A DNA stretch of 62,463 nucleotides, the filler included, from Catajapyx aquilonaris (taxonomy: Eukaryota): assembly GCA_000934665.2 (NCBI GenBank). It is 4 parts of 4 records of this genome, joined end to end, with 100 filler letters (N's around TTAATTAATTAA, not from the genome) between each part and the next. Parts side by side here need not be neighbours in the genome. Positions count along the whole stretch, not along the records: positions 1 to 15,450 come from JYFJ02007491.1; 3 more parts are not named here. One strand, 5' to 3'. The position numbers and the translations under genes were made by a program. Under the pieces are notes generated by a model. The model worked only from the letters and a program-made list of their open reading frames with translations, was not told the origin of the DNA and ran no database searches. Shown piece after piece: positions 1 to 12,555 of the stretch (its first letter is position 1; each line of letters starts with the position of its first letter).

Positions 1-3000
1 TACACTGGCGCTGGTGTTACTTTCAGTAGAACGAAGATATTTTGTGTTAACATTGACAAGCAGTAGTTTCTAAAATAAGATGGTATTCCACATTGGGCAC
101 ATCTCTATGAAGCTGCTTATGGTATGTGGTGTTAATTTATTAATTCAACAGTGTTCATGTGTAATATATATTGGTGCCAATGGACGTTACTACTTATTTT
201 TCACTTGTAATAGACTCATGGAGTTGTGATTTAATCATTCTGGTCGAGTTTCTGTCCAAAATCATGAGTGTCAGGATCTCTTGGCCAAACTGAAGCATGT
301 TGTGTACCATAGGCCCTGGGATCTTGGCAGTCTGAGAAGTATAGACTCATGATTGGATTTGTATGCATCATTCAGTCTCCCAATCGCCAGATTAAGGAAT
401 TAATTTGAAATATGGTCGTAATTTAATTCAGCACGTTTAGATTCGTAATAATTCGCACTTTCTTTTTAGGGACAGAGGCCGGCGAATCCAAATGTTGGAT
501 TATGTGAGGTTAGGGCTGGTATATATACAGTACTTATTAGTTATTAGTCAGATACTGTAATAATTTTGTGGTACCTTGCCCCTGAAGTTTCTGCAGTTGA
601 TCTGAAAAGGGGTATAGGAGCACTTACGCTCTCGAACTCTTATCCTCGAACCCAAGAAATCAATGGAATTTAGTTACTTGGAAGAAAGGGGTGATTAATT
701 CATTTCCCTACCAAAGTCCAAAGTTGGGATTGCTGTTTAAATATGAATTTTTATTGACAGGAAAAGCTTGCAGGAGGTGATTACCAGCTACAGTTTTGAT
801 AGTTTGTGACTGTTGATGGTTTGATAGCTACTGTTAATACCAAGTTAAAAGTGGGTATTAACCCCATGGGCCCCAGCTACCTAGAATCTAGGCGATCAGA
901 ATATAGTGGAGAATTTCTCAGATATACAGTGATACAGACCTGCTTGTTTCATGGAATATGTTCATTCATTTACCAATTATTCGTTTTAGCTTTCTAATTA
1001 CGTATTCGGGAAGTGTGGGAGCTCAGCCGAGAGAGCTCAGGTAAACACAGCATTGAATTCAGTGAAATATTAAATATAGTAGGTCGTTTCTGTGAAGTAA
1101 TTTTTCTCCAAAGTCACAAGCAATGACAGGAAATGTACTGAAATGGTACTGGTAACTCATATTTTAAATTTATCAATGGCTTGTCAGTGTGCATAAGCTC
1201 AAAATATGAGTTACCGATACCATTTCCGATATCCAGAAATCTTGGCGAGTTTTCCTTCACTAGTTGGTAACATCGCGTGGCTGAATTGTAGTTATGCCAA
1301 GTAATATGCATAATGGCATATATCCCACCTGTAGTTGCAATTTTATAATACGATTTTTGAGGAGACATTTTTTCTCACAAGTGAAACGTTTTAAATATTT
1401 CAACATGTGTACCTTTTAGTTGTCATGTCCAGATCAATGGTACTGTTCATTATCTTTCCACACCAAAAATAGTAGCTTTTGGATTTGTAGTTACGTAGCT
1501 GGACGCTGATGACTTGTCTGAGTGTGTTTTACGAGTAGCGTGATTTTGGCACTTCTAGTGCCCTTGAACCTGGAGCTCTACGTGGTTGAAACAATTCACT
1601 TAATTGCTGCGTACTCAATATCGGATGCCAAGTTTCATAACAATCAAAAAATAGTGGGTGAACTCCTCAGAATGATCTCTCCTGGAGTTACTAAGAAGAC
1701 CTCTTAACCTTTCCATCAACATCGCCAGGGAACCCGCAAAAAATTGTCAAAATCAACACACACAGGTGAAAATCTACCAAATTAATTTCACCGGAATCTC
1801 CTCTTATTCAGTTGCTGTTTTGGTGGCTTAATTGGCACTTTATATGCCAAGAAACTGTCGCTCTCATGACCCAAACGTCTAACAAAGTAGTCTGCAAAGT
1901 TATGCCATGTGAATAATGGAATATATGTATCGGTATATATGTTGCAATAAATGGATGTGAACTAGCACCTTAGATTATCTCCTACCAATGGGGAGGTTTT
2001 ACCAGGCTCAGGACCTAGCCCCAGAAATAAATTTAGCACCGTTTTTCTAGAGTACTTCATGATTTGTGGGTCACAAAATACTTCTGCAGGAGTCACGTAG
2101 CTTGCCACATTAGTTCTGTTATTTTATGTCCAGCATTAATCCAAACAGGCCAGTCTTGCTGCTTTGCCTTCCTGATAATATTGGCGTTCACAATAATTAC
2201 TCGTGGGGACCTATCGTGTTGTTTTTACATTTCCATCATTTGGTACAGTATGTCAGCTCTTGGTCATAAGAATGTCAGGGTTACAAGAACATTGGGGTAT
2301 TACGATTTCTCGTATTAATTGCTTGCCCTGTGATAGACATTTTGCATTTTTTTAAATAACAGCATGAGTGGTGACTGTGCCACAGAGCACCCAGTACAAG
2401 GACTTTGCCCGGACTTGGCTGACGTGTAAACCGCTGGCTTAAAGTTGGAGACCACATTTGTTGCTGGGAGCCTCACATTGACTTTCTCACCTTGGTATCA
2501 ACTGTGTATAGTACAGAGCTCCAGGTCATAAGTTATAATCCTCAGCATATCACTCCACGATGATAGGCGTATAGAGTCGTCAGAAATATCACTATATCAT
2601 CATATACCTTGTGTCGTCTCATTGGAGTGTTGACTTTTTAAATTGCCTTGCAGTTACTCCACTGGCACTTGCGTGCTGGTTCTCAGAGCCTACAATAGTA
2701 GGCTGTTGTGGTGTGTTCACATGTAGTGAATAATCAAATTCAGAAGAGATCTGTAAAGATCATTAGTGTGTTCGTATATCCATGTAATCTTGTGGTACTT
2801 TTCTCAGTACATCTCGAATGCTCTCCTCAAGTTGATCCAAATTTTTGTAGTTTGGTGCGGTACTCCTCCTTTGCCCAACCTCACAAAAAAGTCGTATTCA
2901 TAAGGCGTCTAGTATAAGGCAAAGAATGTTACATTAGCACCCAACACTTCATTTTCTCTTTGCGGTCAGTAGAATGGCAAATAATGCTCTGGCTCATTCA

Positions 3001-6000
3001 GATGCAAAAATTCCGCACAAACATTTATATTGCAGTCTCTTTAACCTCCTCCACTATGCCCACCAATGGCTATCATAAAAATGAGAATTTGAGGACAGTT
3101 GCTTCAGAGACAAAGAGATATTATAATCCACATGAGTATCACTTTGAAAATTGAATGTAAGCAACATTTTCATCACAATTGATGTTCAAGAGATCGGTGT
3201 GAAGGGATGGAAGCTTCTTCCTTTTAGTTTTCACAGCCTGGAGGAATTCCTGCTAGTTATTCCCAACTGCATTTATACCCACCCTTTTTTTATGAAGACG
3301 AAGTGTATGTTCTCTCTGCGGGTTGAATACACATGTCATTCGTTGTCATAATTTGATTTTCATATTGTCTAAACTAGTCTTTCTACAAATAGTTTTATTG
3401 TGCCACCAATGACTTCGCTAGGTATCTTTCCAAATAGTTCTTGCCCAAGAAGCGTCTACGTCAAAATCTTCTTTATGGTCACATGGATGGAAGATGTCAA
3501 CTGCTTGTCAAGCATACAAGATATTGTTAGTGCAGTTTTGGGATCCCACATAACAGTGAGCACCATATTTTGATACATGCATGTGATTTGTTGAACTGCT
3601 TTCCTGTGCTGGTATCTCTCCACCATTTACCGTGATATTTTCACCTGCCTGTGTTGGTGGTCCATCCATGATCCAATGGCCCCGAGAGTTATATAGACTC
3701 TTAGCTTTGTCGCAGGGCCACTTCTTCTGGCTCGTCTTTCAAGGTTTCTCACGTCTTTATTACCGAGTACAGTGTATGTGCACGGCATAATTATGGGTGT
3801 TTAGGGGTGTGGGGTATTAGGACATGGTGTATGTATTTTTTATGGTGATTTCAATCTAATTACTGGTTGGTGTGTACTTTGGCCATGTGATTATCCTACT
3901 TACTTTGATCTACCAAGAGCAGCAGATGGGGACGATTTCTTAGGAGAAAAATAATGTGCGATTATTTCTGAATTAGAGACGCGTGGCAACTGTAATACAG
4001 ATTCACAATATTTTATCATAAATGATGAAAGTGTAAGTAAAAAAAAATGCACCCATTATTGTTGGCAGTATTTTAATGGAATTGAAGTAGCTAGATGTTA
4101 TTGTTGTCAAGAGCCAAAGTATGCTACGCATTAATGTTACGTTTATTTTACATGTGCGAACTCAAAAGAGCCACATTGCTTCAATTCCGTGTGCCATGCA
4201 TTAACTTGTGTTTCTCTTAATATATTCCTGCAATGCAAAAAATATTCAAGTGATGTAATGGAATACATATTTTCTGTAAGGTGGCAGTTGTGCAGGATCT
4301 TGCACAGACATGCTTTGCTTAGAAGGTGATTATAATCCTTGACCCTGTCGTGCTGTAAGAGGATATCAGTTTGTGGATTATTACAACAACTGCATTTTTG
4401 GGCATATGTGCTGTTAGGAATGGGGATGACATTGTATGCAAAATATTATGTATCTAAAATATCAGGTTATGATATCCAAAATCTTCCCCCAACGCTGGAA
4501 ATGGATAGTTGTACGCCCCAGGGCGATATCTGTAAATACGGCTGTATGTCTAGTTACCACCTATGGGTAATACGTACACAACTTTGATTTATTTTACCAA
4601 TGACGTGATAATGCATTGTTTTATTATGGAATGCATTGTCACTGTTAAGAATTTTCTCTGTCCAAGAGTAAATGATTGTTTCAAATGTCCTTCCTCTTTT
4701 TCTGGTGTGAGTCTCGGTTCACCCTGCTCAATTGCCGGTAAGCCACATTACGGATGTGGGAAACTTCAATTCTCCTATTCACATGGACTTGGTGCCATGC
4801 TTCTAATTCGCTGAAAGTTCCCTTAATCTTCACGATGCCAGGGGCAGGTGAAGAAATTGTGGGCCATTGACTTTTGGAGTTGTTCAGCTGAAGTGAAATG
4901 TTGGAGCATTCAAAATGAACGTCGCACTGAATTTAAGATGGTCCTGTTCATGTCCCGTGTGTGTTGAACGTCAAGAAAGTTTATGCACTCCATATGATTG
5001 ACTATTGGAGTTTGTTTGTTTATAGCTGTATTTAGATTTCGTCTGCCTGCCGCACATGCTGCTTGGCCATCTTCCACTCCTTAATCGTGAATGTCCGGGA
5101 GCGACTCCGCCCAACTGCCGCTCCTCCTCGTAGCAGCTGCGCTCTTCCGAGTGGTAACCTCTTAATGAAGAGGGCATATGGGTCGAAAATCCTGGGTCTT
5201 GTACCTTGTAGAGGTATTATCAAAAGCGATGGGAACAGGGCACAGTGACACACACGACAGTTTACCGGATCTGCCAGTGAAGAACAAATGGCTTGGGCCA
5301 CTATTCGAGTTTCCCTTAGTATGGCGTTTCCTTTCTTTTGTAACACGGGAATCCCTGTCGTCTGGAAGGAACGAGTGGCCATTTTCCTTCTGACAGCAGC
5401 AGTTGGTGTCCGTATTGTACGGCGTTTCCGAGTGGTATTCATTCCCATAAAAATTTAGTGCAGTAATAATAGCCTACTAAGGTGAATGGTTGAGATGACA
5501 CATCTGTAATACTGTCGTGTGACAGTTCCTGGATACTTCTCTTTGTGGTAAAGCAGTTTCGATCGAATCAGTCTCTCTACAGTCTACTTATTGGTCCTTT
5601 GTGATTCTTTCCTGGTGTTATTCATGATGATGGAGCTGGTCGTAGGATGCTCCTCACGCCATGAGCTGGAATATTTTAGATAATTATAATTATATAAAAG
5701 CTCTGTCGATGATTCAATTACGTTTCTACCGAGGGCCCTACTGGATCCCCATCTAGAGGGATCAGTTGTGTGAGGATCTTGGTCTTGGTCTTCGGTGGGA
5801 TGTCTTCATGTAAGTAAGTGCCCAATCTCATTTGATTGTTGTCGCACAGGAATGCAATCGTTTTATGCAATTACTGCATAGGTAGTGTGTTATCCAAGTT
5901 CGTACACGTACGATATTTTTTTTGTAAAAATAACCAGAATTACATGTTCCAAGGATATAGTATAAGGTGTTTTCCGTTCCGTTAAATTTACTGTCGTCAT

Positions 6001-9000
6001 GAAACTTGACATTTCAGCCTCGATGCCGTTGCTGTTCAGCAACTCGGTAACATCCGGAATATGCGTTCATTCAGCACTAGGCCCACATCCGTGTCCAGGA
6101 ACACAGTTTCTGATCATTCAAGTCGTGTACACGGTCATGTAAATGTTCAGTCCAATGTTTCAACATGCCATCTGGTCTAAGCTAAAGCTTCGTCTTGTAA
6201 TACTCTCCAACTGGGGTGGCTTCCTTCGCCACCTCTGAGACTACACCAGGATTTGAGGGGAGGGGGGAGGGCATATGCATTGGAAGAATTTGGATGTAAT
6301 CTGGCTCTAGTAACAGGTACCCATATAATATGTAGGAGGTACTAAAAACAAAAATTAAATTGTCATTCAATGTCATGCAAAATCTGTGCGTACGGCGTGG
6401 TGCAGACGTAATTGTACTGCTACGTAGCAAGAACATGCACAATCATATGCTCTGGTATGATAATTGCAACATGATGAACTTATTGTTTCATGTCTTTAAT
6501 AGTTATTTTGTGAATGTCGCATAACTGCAATCTGTGGTTGGCCAAGCAATTAGTTACTCTTCATCGTCATTTCTTCCTTCATTATTGTGTACGTCGTACA
6601 AACCGAAGTTGAAATATTCTGTGATGATTAAGAAAACGCGAGAAGAGTGATTTTAAAAAAATGACGTTATTTCGTGGTGATTATTCAACTTGGGAGGGAA
6701 TTTTGACACTCCACTGCTGCGACCATTCTCTTGGACAATAAATGCACTGACTGCCCCATAGTTGGCGTTTAATGCCAGCAGCATCAAATCTCCTCGTTTT
6801 TCAGATGATAATATTATTTTCCATGCTATTGAAAATGCATCAAAACCTGTGCTGAATTGCCCTCCCACGCTTGGTTTCGCTAATATGTCTTTAGCTCCTA
6901 ATCGCAATATCAAGGGATTCAGCAAGATATTTTCTTACTCCTTTTGAATTTTTGAAAGTATTTATGTGCATTTGTAATTACAAAAGCTCCGGGTTTTGAG
7001 ACTGGCATTTTTTTATTTATTGTTTGGTACTTTGACCCCGATCCATATTCAAAGCGGCAGATGATACACCGCCCTTTTGTTGTCATTGGCACCAACTATA
7101 GGCAGTCATTTCCAGTTGTGTTCGTGAATATCCTTTGGCATCGCTGCTGTCCTAGTCCAGTGGGATGTTAATATTGTTGAATAAATCGTCCCTCAATACA
7201 ATCATTATGGTAGTAGCAAGATGGGCCACATTCTGTATGGCCGCCTCCTTTTTCACAACTTTTATCGATCCATTATCGCCAACTTTGCTTCAAAAATCCC
7301 ACAACTCGTCATCAGGATGAACCATTACTAGCTCTTCTATTAGTGAGTTACTGTGCCTCCAAATGCCTGTCAATCTCTTTTGTATTTTCAGCGTCGGGCT
7401 GAAGGATTTTCTGCAAAGTATCTAAATTCTGGGTCCATTGCCCTTCTGGGAGGTCATGTAGACTCGCAGCACATTATGCAAGCAAACACCTGTCGCTGTC
7501 GCCTCCAGCTAACACCTGCATAATATTATTTATTAATATATGAGATTTCTCTCTCCACCAATGTCGACAGGCTCCGGATAATATCGTGGAATAATCGCAG
7601 TCTCTTTGTGATTTCGTCCAAGGTGATTTTGTCCGAGGTTCTCAAGTTGTTATTGTAGTTGGATTGTGCTTTTATGGCTATGGCTGTTACTGTGAGACAC
7701 ACCTATGTTCTGGCTGATTGTGACCATTTTGGTTTATACTGTGTCTTACATTTTGCCATATGTCGAGAATAATCAGAATATAATTTATATCCTGACAGAC
7801 GTTCTGTGGAAAGCGTCTAGGGGTATATTCATATTGATGTACGGTATTGGAAGATGTGAAGCATGACATTTTTCACTCCGATCCTTCCCAATCAAACACG
7901 AATAATTTGGCTAATGATGTAATCATCTTTGAGAATCCAAGTCAAGTATTTGAATGAAAGAAACACAAGTCATGTTATCCCAGTTCGTAGTCACTAGATA
8001 TTCAGGCCCACTTTAAATAATAATTAGTTTAAATCCTGGTTACAATGTGGTTCTGATTGCATAAGAGAAGGAGTTCTCTGTGCACCAGTGTGACATTCAA
8101 GTCCATACGTAGCTCTGTCTTCGAAGCCATAAAGGAAATAGTACAGGCTGAAGTTAGTACTACTGATGTTAGTACTACTGTTACATGGAGGTAGGCAGTA
8201 ACGAAATATTCGGGAAATTTACTCCTGTTATTGTCCTGTGAGTGCGGCCGTGAGATAACTCTCTCACAAGAGTAAATTTGACTCTGTCCTTTTTTTTTTT
8301 TAAAATCCAAAAGGGTGGATGAATGGTATAAATTTCCCCCTTATAAATCTGGACCTATTGGTTGGATAGGCGCCAAATGATGTCATGACGGATTCTCCTG
8401 GGACCCTAGGTTCCTGTTCCCAATGTGCTTGTAGTCCTGTGCACGTGCACCTTCAGTTGGACATCCTTCCTCCGGGACATTGTCGTCCACCAATGTAGCG
8501 GTATTTTGCTCTCATCGGATAGCACTGTGTCTTGTGGCCCTAAGAAAGCACGGTTTTGGTTTCACATCGTCGTACTTGTGTAATATTGGGAAGGAATTTT
8601 TGGATATCATTAACATTAGTATGTAATGATAAAGTGATGAAGGTATAGATTATGGATTAGGAATGATGAAATTATAGATATCACGCCTACTCGACCCACT
8701 GCCAGAGTACCGAGAGCTCCGAAACTCGCCACATTCATGTCTTACGTTTCGCTGATTCCGGGAAAAGTCCAAAAACCGCACTTTTTGGAGTCTAAATGCC
8801 CCAAATTGTTTTTCATATCGGTGTCTCATCTACAGCCACTGTTACCATGACACGTCTATACCCTCCCTCACTGTTGGCCAGTTGCATGGCACCATCGGCA
8901 GAGGTTGTTGTTGGTAACGTCGAACCCCATCGCCTTTTCGCCTCAGCCAATTGCATGCTGGTTCCCTTGCTTTGGCTGCATTCCCTGTACGTTTATTCAG

Positions 9001-10959
9001 TTTTAAGGGTTGAGGGGGCAAGTATGGACTTGCCTTTGGTGGAGAGGTTCGTGACCAGTATGGGAAGCGCAGGAGTGCAACTTGTCATTTGGTGAAGGTT
9101 TTGGGGGTTCTCGCAATGGAGAAGGTGTTTTTGTTCAGGGCAACTGTTCCTGATATTTGAGAAATTCCCATTGGCTACAGGATAGTAGCAATTGCAAGTA
9201 AATAAAGATGGCTTTCATTTTCTTCAATTAACCCTTTTTATGGGATCGATCGTCCCTGTGGGGCAGATGGCCACAGTTGCCTTAAACACTTTGCCTGTCT
9301 CAACAGTAAAATTGTTGACTGGGATTAGGCACAGGTGGGCATCTTTGCGCCTTCCAGTTCAGCACGTGACGCACGTGGTTAATTTCACTGTGTCGAGTTT
9401 ATCAAAGTGGGATAGCAGTAGCATTTGAATGCGATGATAAAGTGACAGAAGGTATGAAATTGGGCTGAATTATTGTATAACCCACCAGCAAATATTTGCA
9501 TATTGTGATTTGTTCTTTCGTAACTGAACAGAAGTCAACCACCCCTGTGCTCATCGGTCCCACGAACGTGCGTTCCTAGCTATGATGGCAACAGTCAAAC
9601 CACTTCTTGAGCTGGCCTGCTCCACCAAGTTGGCTGTTATTGTAAAGACACCCACCCGTTGACCACCCCAAAAGATTTGGGAAATGGGGTGAGCTAAGGA
9701 GGATCCTCCGCGGTCGTGGAGGTGGGAGATGGCGTTAGTGATGATGGGGTGGAAGTCCAAATGAGGTGCCATTGCTTCTTGAGGGAAATTGGAACATTTA
9801 GAGTAAAATATTCTAGAGCGATTCACTGGCACTTCCCTCCGTGATGGGGATATATGTGAGAACTGACGATGACGTCTTCCCTGCGAAAATGCAGTGTGCA
9901 TACAGATATTGCCACCTCCAATGCCATTAATACAGTATTATATTGCCACCTCAAAGTATTACATTATAATATCATATCATATACCTCCAATGCCAGCCGT
10001 ATGTGATATGTGTATGATGCATGTGAAGTATCCACTGGCACACCATTTTCCATGTCCTTGTGTGATTTGACCCTTATTCTTGGCTTCTTTCGTCGTTTCT
10101 TTTTCTACAAAATTCAACTTATGGATTTTACTTCCATTGTGAGAACCTTTGCGGCAGGCGCCGGATGATTCGTTGCTGTAATGGCCACATTTGGGTGTGC
10201 CTCTGTGTAAGCACACTTGTTCTGGCATGTTCATAAGCCTTTGTGCCCCTGTAGTGCGCATGAGCTTATCTGGAAAGGATAATCGTAATGATATGTGATT
10301 ATGTGGTATCTTGTCTCCAGTAGGACATGGACACCAGACTATGGGTGGCTTGAATAAATGTTTTGGTTAAGTAGTTCTGTAACTTTGTTAGTAAAGGTTC
10401 CAGAGGGGCTGCAATGTATGGGATCAGGGACAGATGGTCATCTTTGGGTCAATAGTTCTGTACGTGCCACACATGGTTAATTTCACTGTGTAGAGTTGCT
10501 CAATCCGAGTGAGACTGAGGCGTTGTTCTCATTATGCTTTGTATAGTTGCATATCAATGGTGGAAATGGGTGCATAGTTGGAGGCCTTGATAGCACGGCG
10601 AATCCATTCTACAAGGTGTGTGACATTTAAAAAAATGCTTCGTAATGTTCTCTGTCGTCGCGTAGGACAACATAAGATTCAGCAACAACTGTTGCCAACA
10701 CAATTATTCTTGCTCAACAATGGTGGATCATGATGACGCTATAATTTTAAGATTATTAAATATGACACTAGTGGATAGGCTCATATAAAAAGACTCACTT
10801 CGCTGGGATCGCTGCCATGATGGCATGTAGGTCATCCTGGTCACGACGCTCTCCTTGGATCACATCTACAGCCACATGTATATCTTCATCGTCCATTGCA
10901 AGAGGAATTGCCTGGGCAAGCAGTGCGGCCACAGCTGCTTGTAAAGCCCGGTCCGCCAT
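1..10959 (-). pseudogene. Decayed array of spliced, unidentified ORF remnants (possible relic of a large DNA transposon or endogenous virus)
   Basis: T/G-rich plus strand throughout, with broken minus-strand frames. ATG at 10959 (MADRALQAAVAALLAQAIPLAMDDED...) is followed by a 60-nt GTGAGT...ATAG intron (10798-10739) that joins in phase. A 56-nt GTAATT...CCAG intron (5721-5666) joins in phase into the frame of ORF 5032-5448. Many stops and frameshifts. No family motif recognised. Confidence 0.5.
2780..2915 (-). mobile_element. Tc1/mariner-superfamily transposase C-terminal remnant
   Basis: Frameshifted translation DFF*GWAKEEYRTKLQ..LDQLEESIRDVLRKVPQDYM resembles the DFFLWG..K..VY....L.EL tail of these transposases. 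Confidence 0.6.
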
Positions 10960-11004
10960 CCTACCACCAGCGCTGCCCCTCTCCAATCCACCCTCGAGTA
11001 TTCA

Positions 11005-11870
11005 CAAAATCAAAAATGGCGGATAGGGGGGTGCGGGGGTCTCTCAGTTCCATCTCAGTTCGGACGTTCGGCAGTAGTATTCTGAGGGGCGGGGCTAACA
11101 ACTCAGATATCACGTGACGCATCTCAGAAAAATCTGAAATGCCGAATACGCCTATTGATTCGGCGAATGGCCTGTAAACTCGACTTCAGCCGGTGCGTTT
11201 TTCATCCCTTGGGGTGGGCTACCATTGCACCGAATTTCAAGCATGTCGGTGAGGTCGGAATTTTATGACTTGACCTCTGCCCCCCCCCCCTCAAAAATGG
11301 GTCACAGGGTCATTTTGATCAGGTAACGGTAGGTAATCCGGGTAATCCGGGCAGTCCGCGGATTATTATTCATTAATATCACTCTTCATCTCCGGAAAGG
11401 GGGAAAAAGAACTCAGGCCCTAAGGCAATGGCTCAGAAACTCCGTCGTCAAAAGGTTAAAAAACTGAAATTATTTTGCTTTACAAACGTCCACGGAGTTG
11501 GCAGTTTGGCACCACTGCACTGATAAACAACATCCCTACCGTAGTCCAATGTTCGGCTTGTTTACGGCTTCCATTTCCCCCTCCCCTGTTGTGAGGTCAC
11601 CGTGAATAAGACGTGGGTAGAAGGGTAGGTGGAAGGGGCAGAGGGGTCTTCACGGGAGAGGAGAATCTCATGCGTCCTCGTTGACGTCCAGCAAGCGACT
11701 GAGGCGGTCTCCCACCCACTGCGCATGCTCGGAACGGGGGCCAATCGGAGGCGTAATGGTAACAATGCGCCATGGATACGACGCAGCAACAATGGACGGG
11801 GGCCAATGGGAAGAGGTGGCGGGAACAATACGGGGGCGGACCAATCAGAGGGCTTATACACACAACGCAA
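11005..11870. promoter_or_regulatory. GC-rich promoter-like control block
   Basis: CAAAATGGCGG (YY1-type) at 11011, GGGGCGGGGC at 11086, TCACGTGAC at 11110, GGTAATCCG repeats at 11332-11358, TGCGCATG at 11720, three CCAAT boxes (~11741, 11802, 11841), a GC box at ~11832 and a TATA-like CTTATACA at ~11853. It lies directly upstream of the ATG at 10959. Confidence 0.55.
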
Positions 11871-12477
11871 GCATTTTAATATTATAGATGTTCATTCTTT
11901 CATTAATTTCATTCACGGGAATAATATTAACTGCTCAATTGTTGGATCGATGTCGATGGATGTTTCTGTATGCCACGGAAGATCGACGTCCTAGTAAATT
12001 CCTCTGCGTCAGTCCAATTATAGTTACGAACTTACGATCTCTTCTCGATATTTTAAAGTCTCCATTGACCTCTGCTTGGGTACCTTGCCGTTGCTGTCTA
12101 CCTGGCCGTGGTTTGACCCCACAGTTGACGCCATGTGAAGTCTTTTTTGGGCCCATCCTTATTTTCTTAGGCCTTGCGACTTTATAGTATATGAGTAAGA
12201 TTATTCGCATGTTCATTTTTTTTTTTAAATGCCCCGTGATGTCCCTCACGGGATTTATAGGGGTGGCACACCACCATCAGTTTTCTATACATTTTTCAGC
12301 TTCATTCTCCGGTTCAAGGAAACAGGGACATTGGGAAAGGGTAGGGATTTTTGGGGAGGGAACATGGGTGCAAGTGCAATGTCAAGCGTTGGGCCACGTG
12401 TTCTTCCCCAGGAGGTTAGGTTGCCAGACACCTCCTCGGTGCAGGCCAGAGACCCTCCCGACGCAGGTGAAAGGAAA

Positions 12478-12555
12478 GTTCCCCAGGCGGGAATCGAACC
12501 TGGGGCCTTTCACTCAGCAAGCCGAGACGTTATACCATCTCGGCCATCTACACCA
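12478..12555 (-). repeat. tRNA-derived Pol III head (A box + B box), probably SINE-related
   Basis: TGGCCGAGATGG A box and GGTTCGATTCC B box at tRNA-like spacing. No acceptor stem, so it is not a functional tRNA. Confidence 0.6.
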
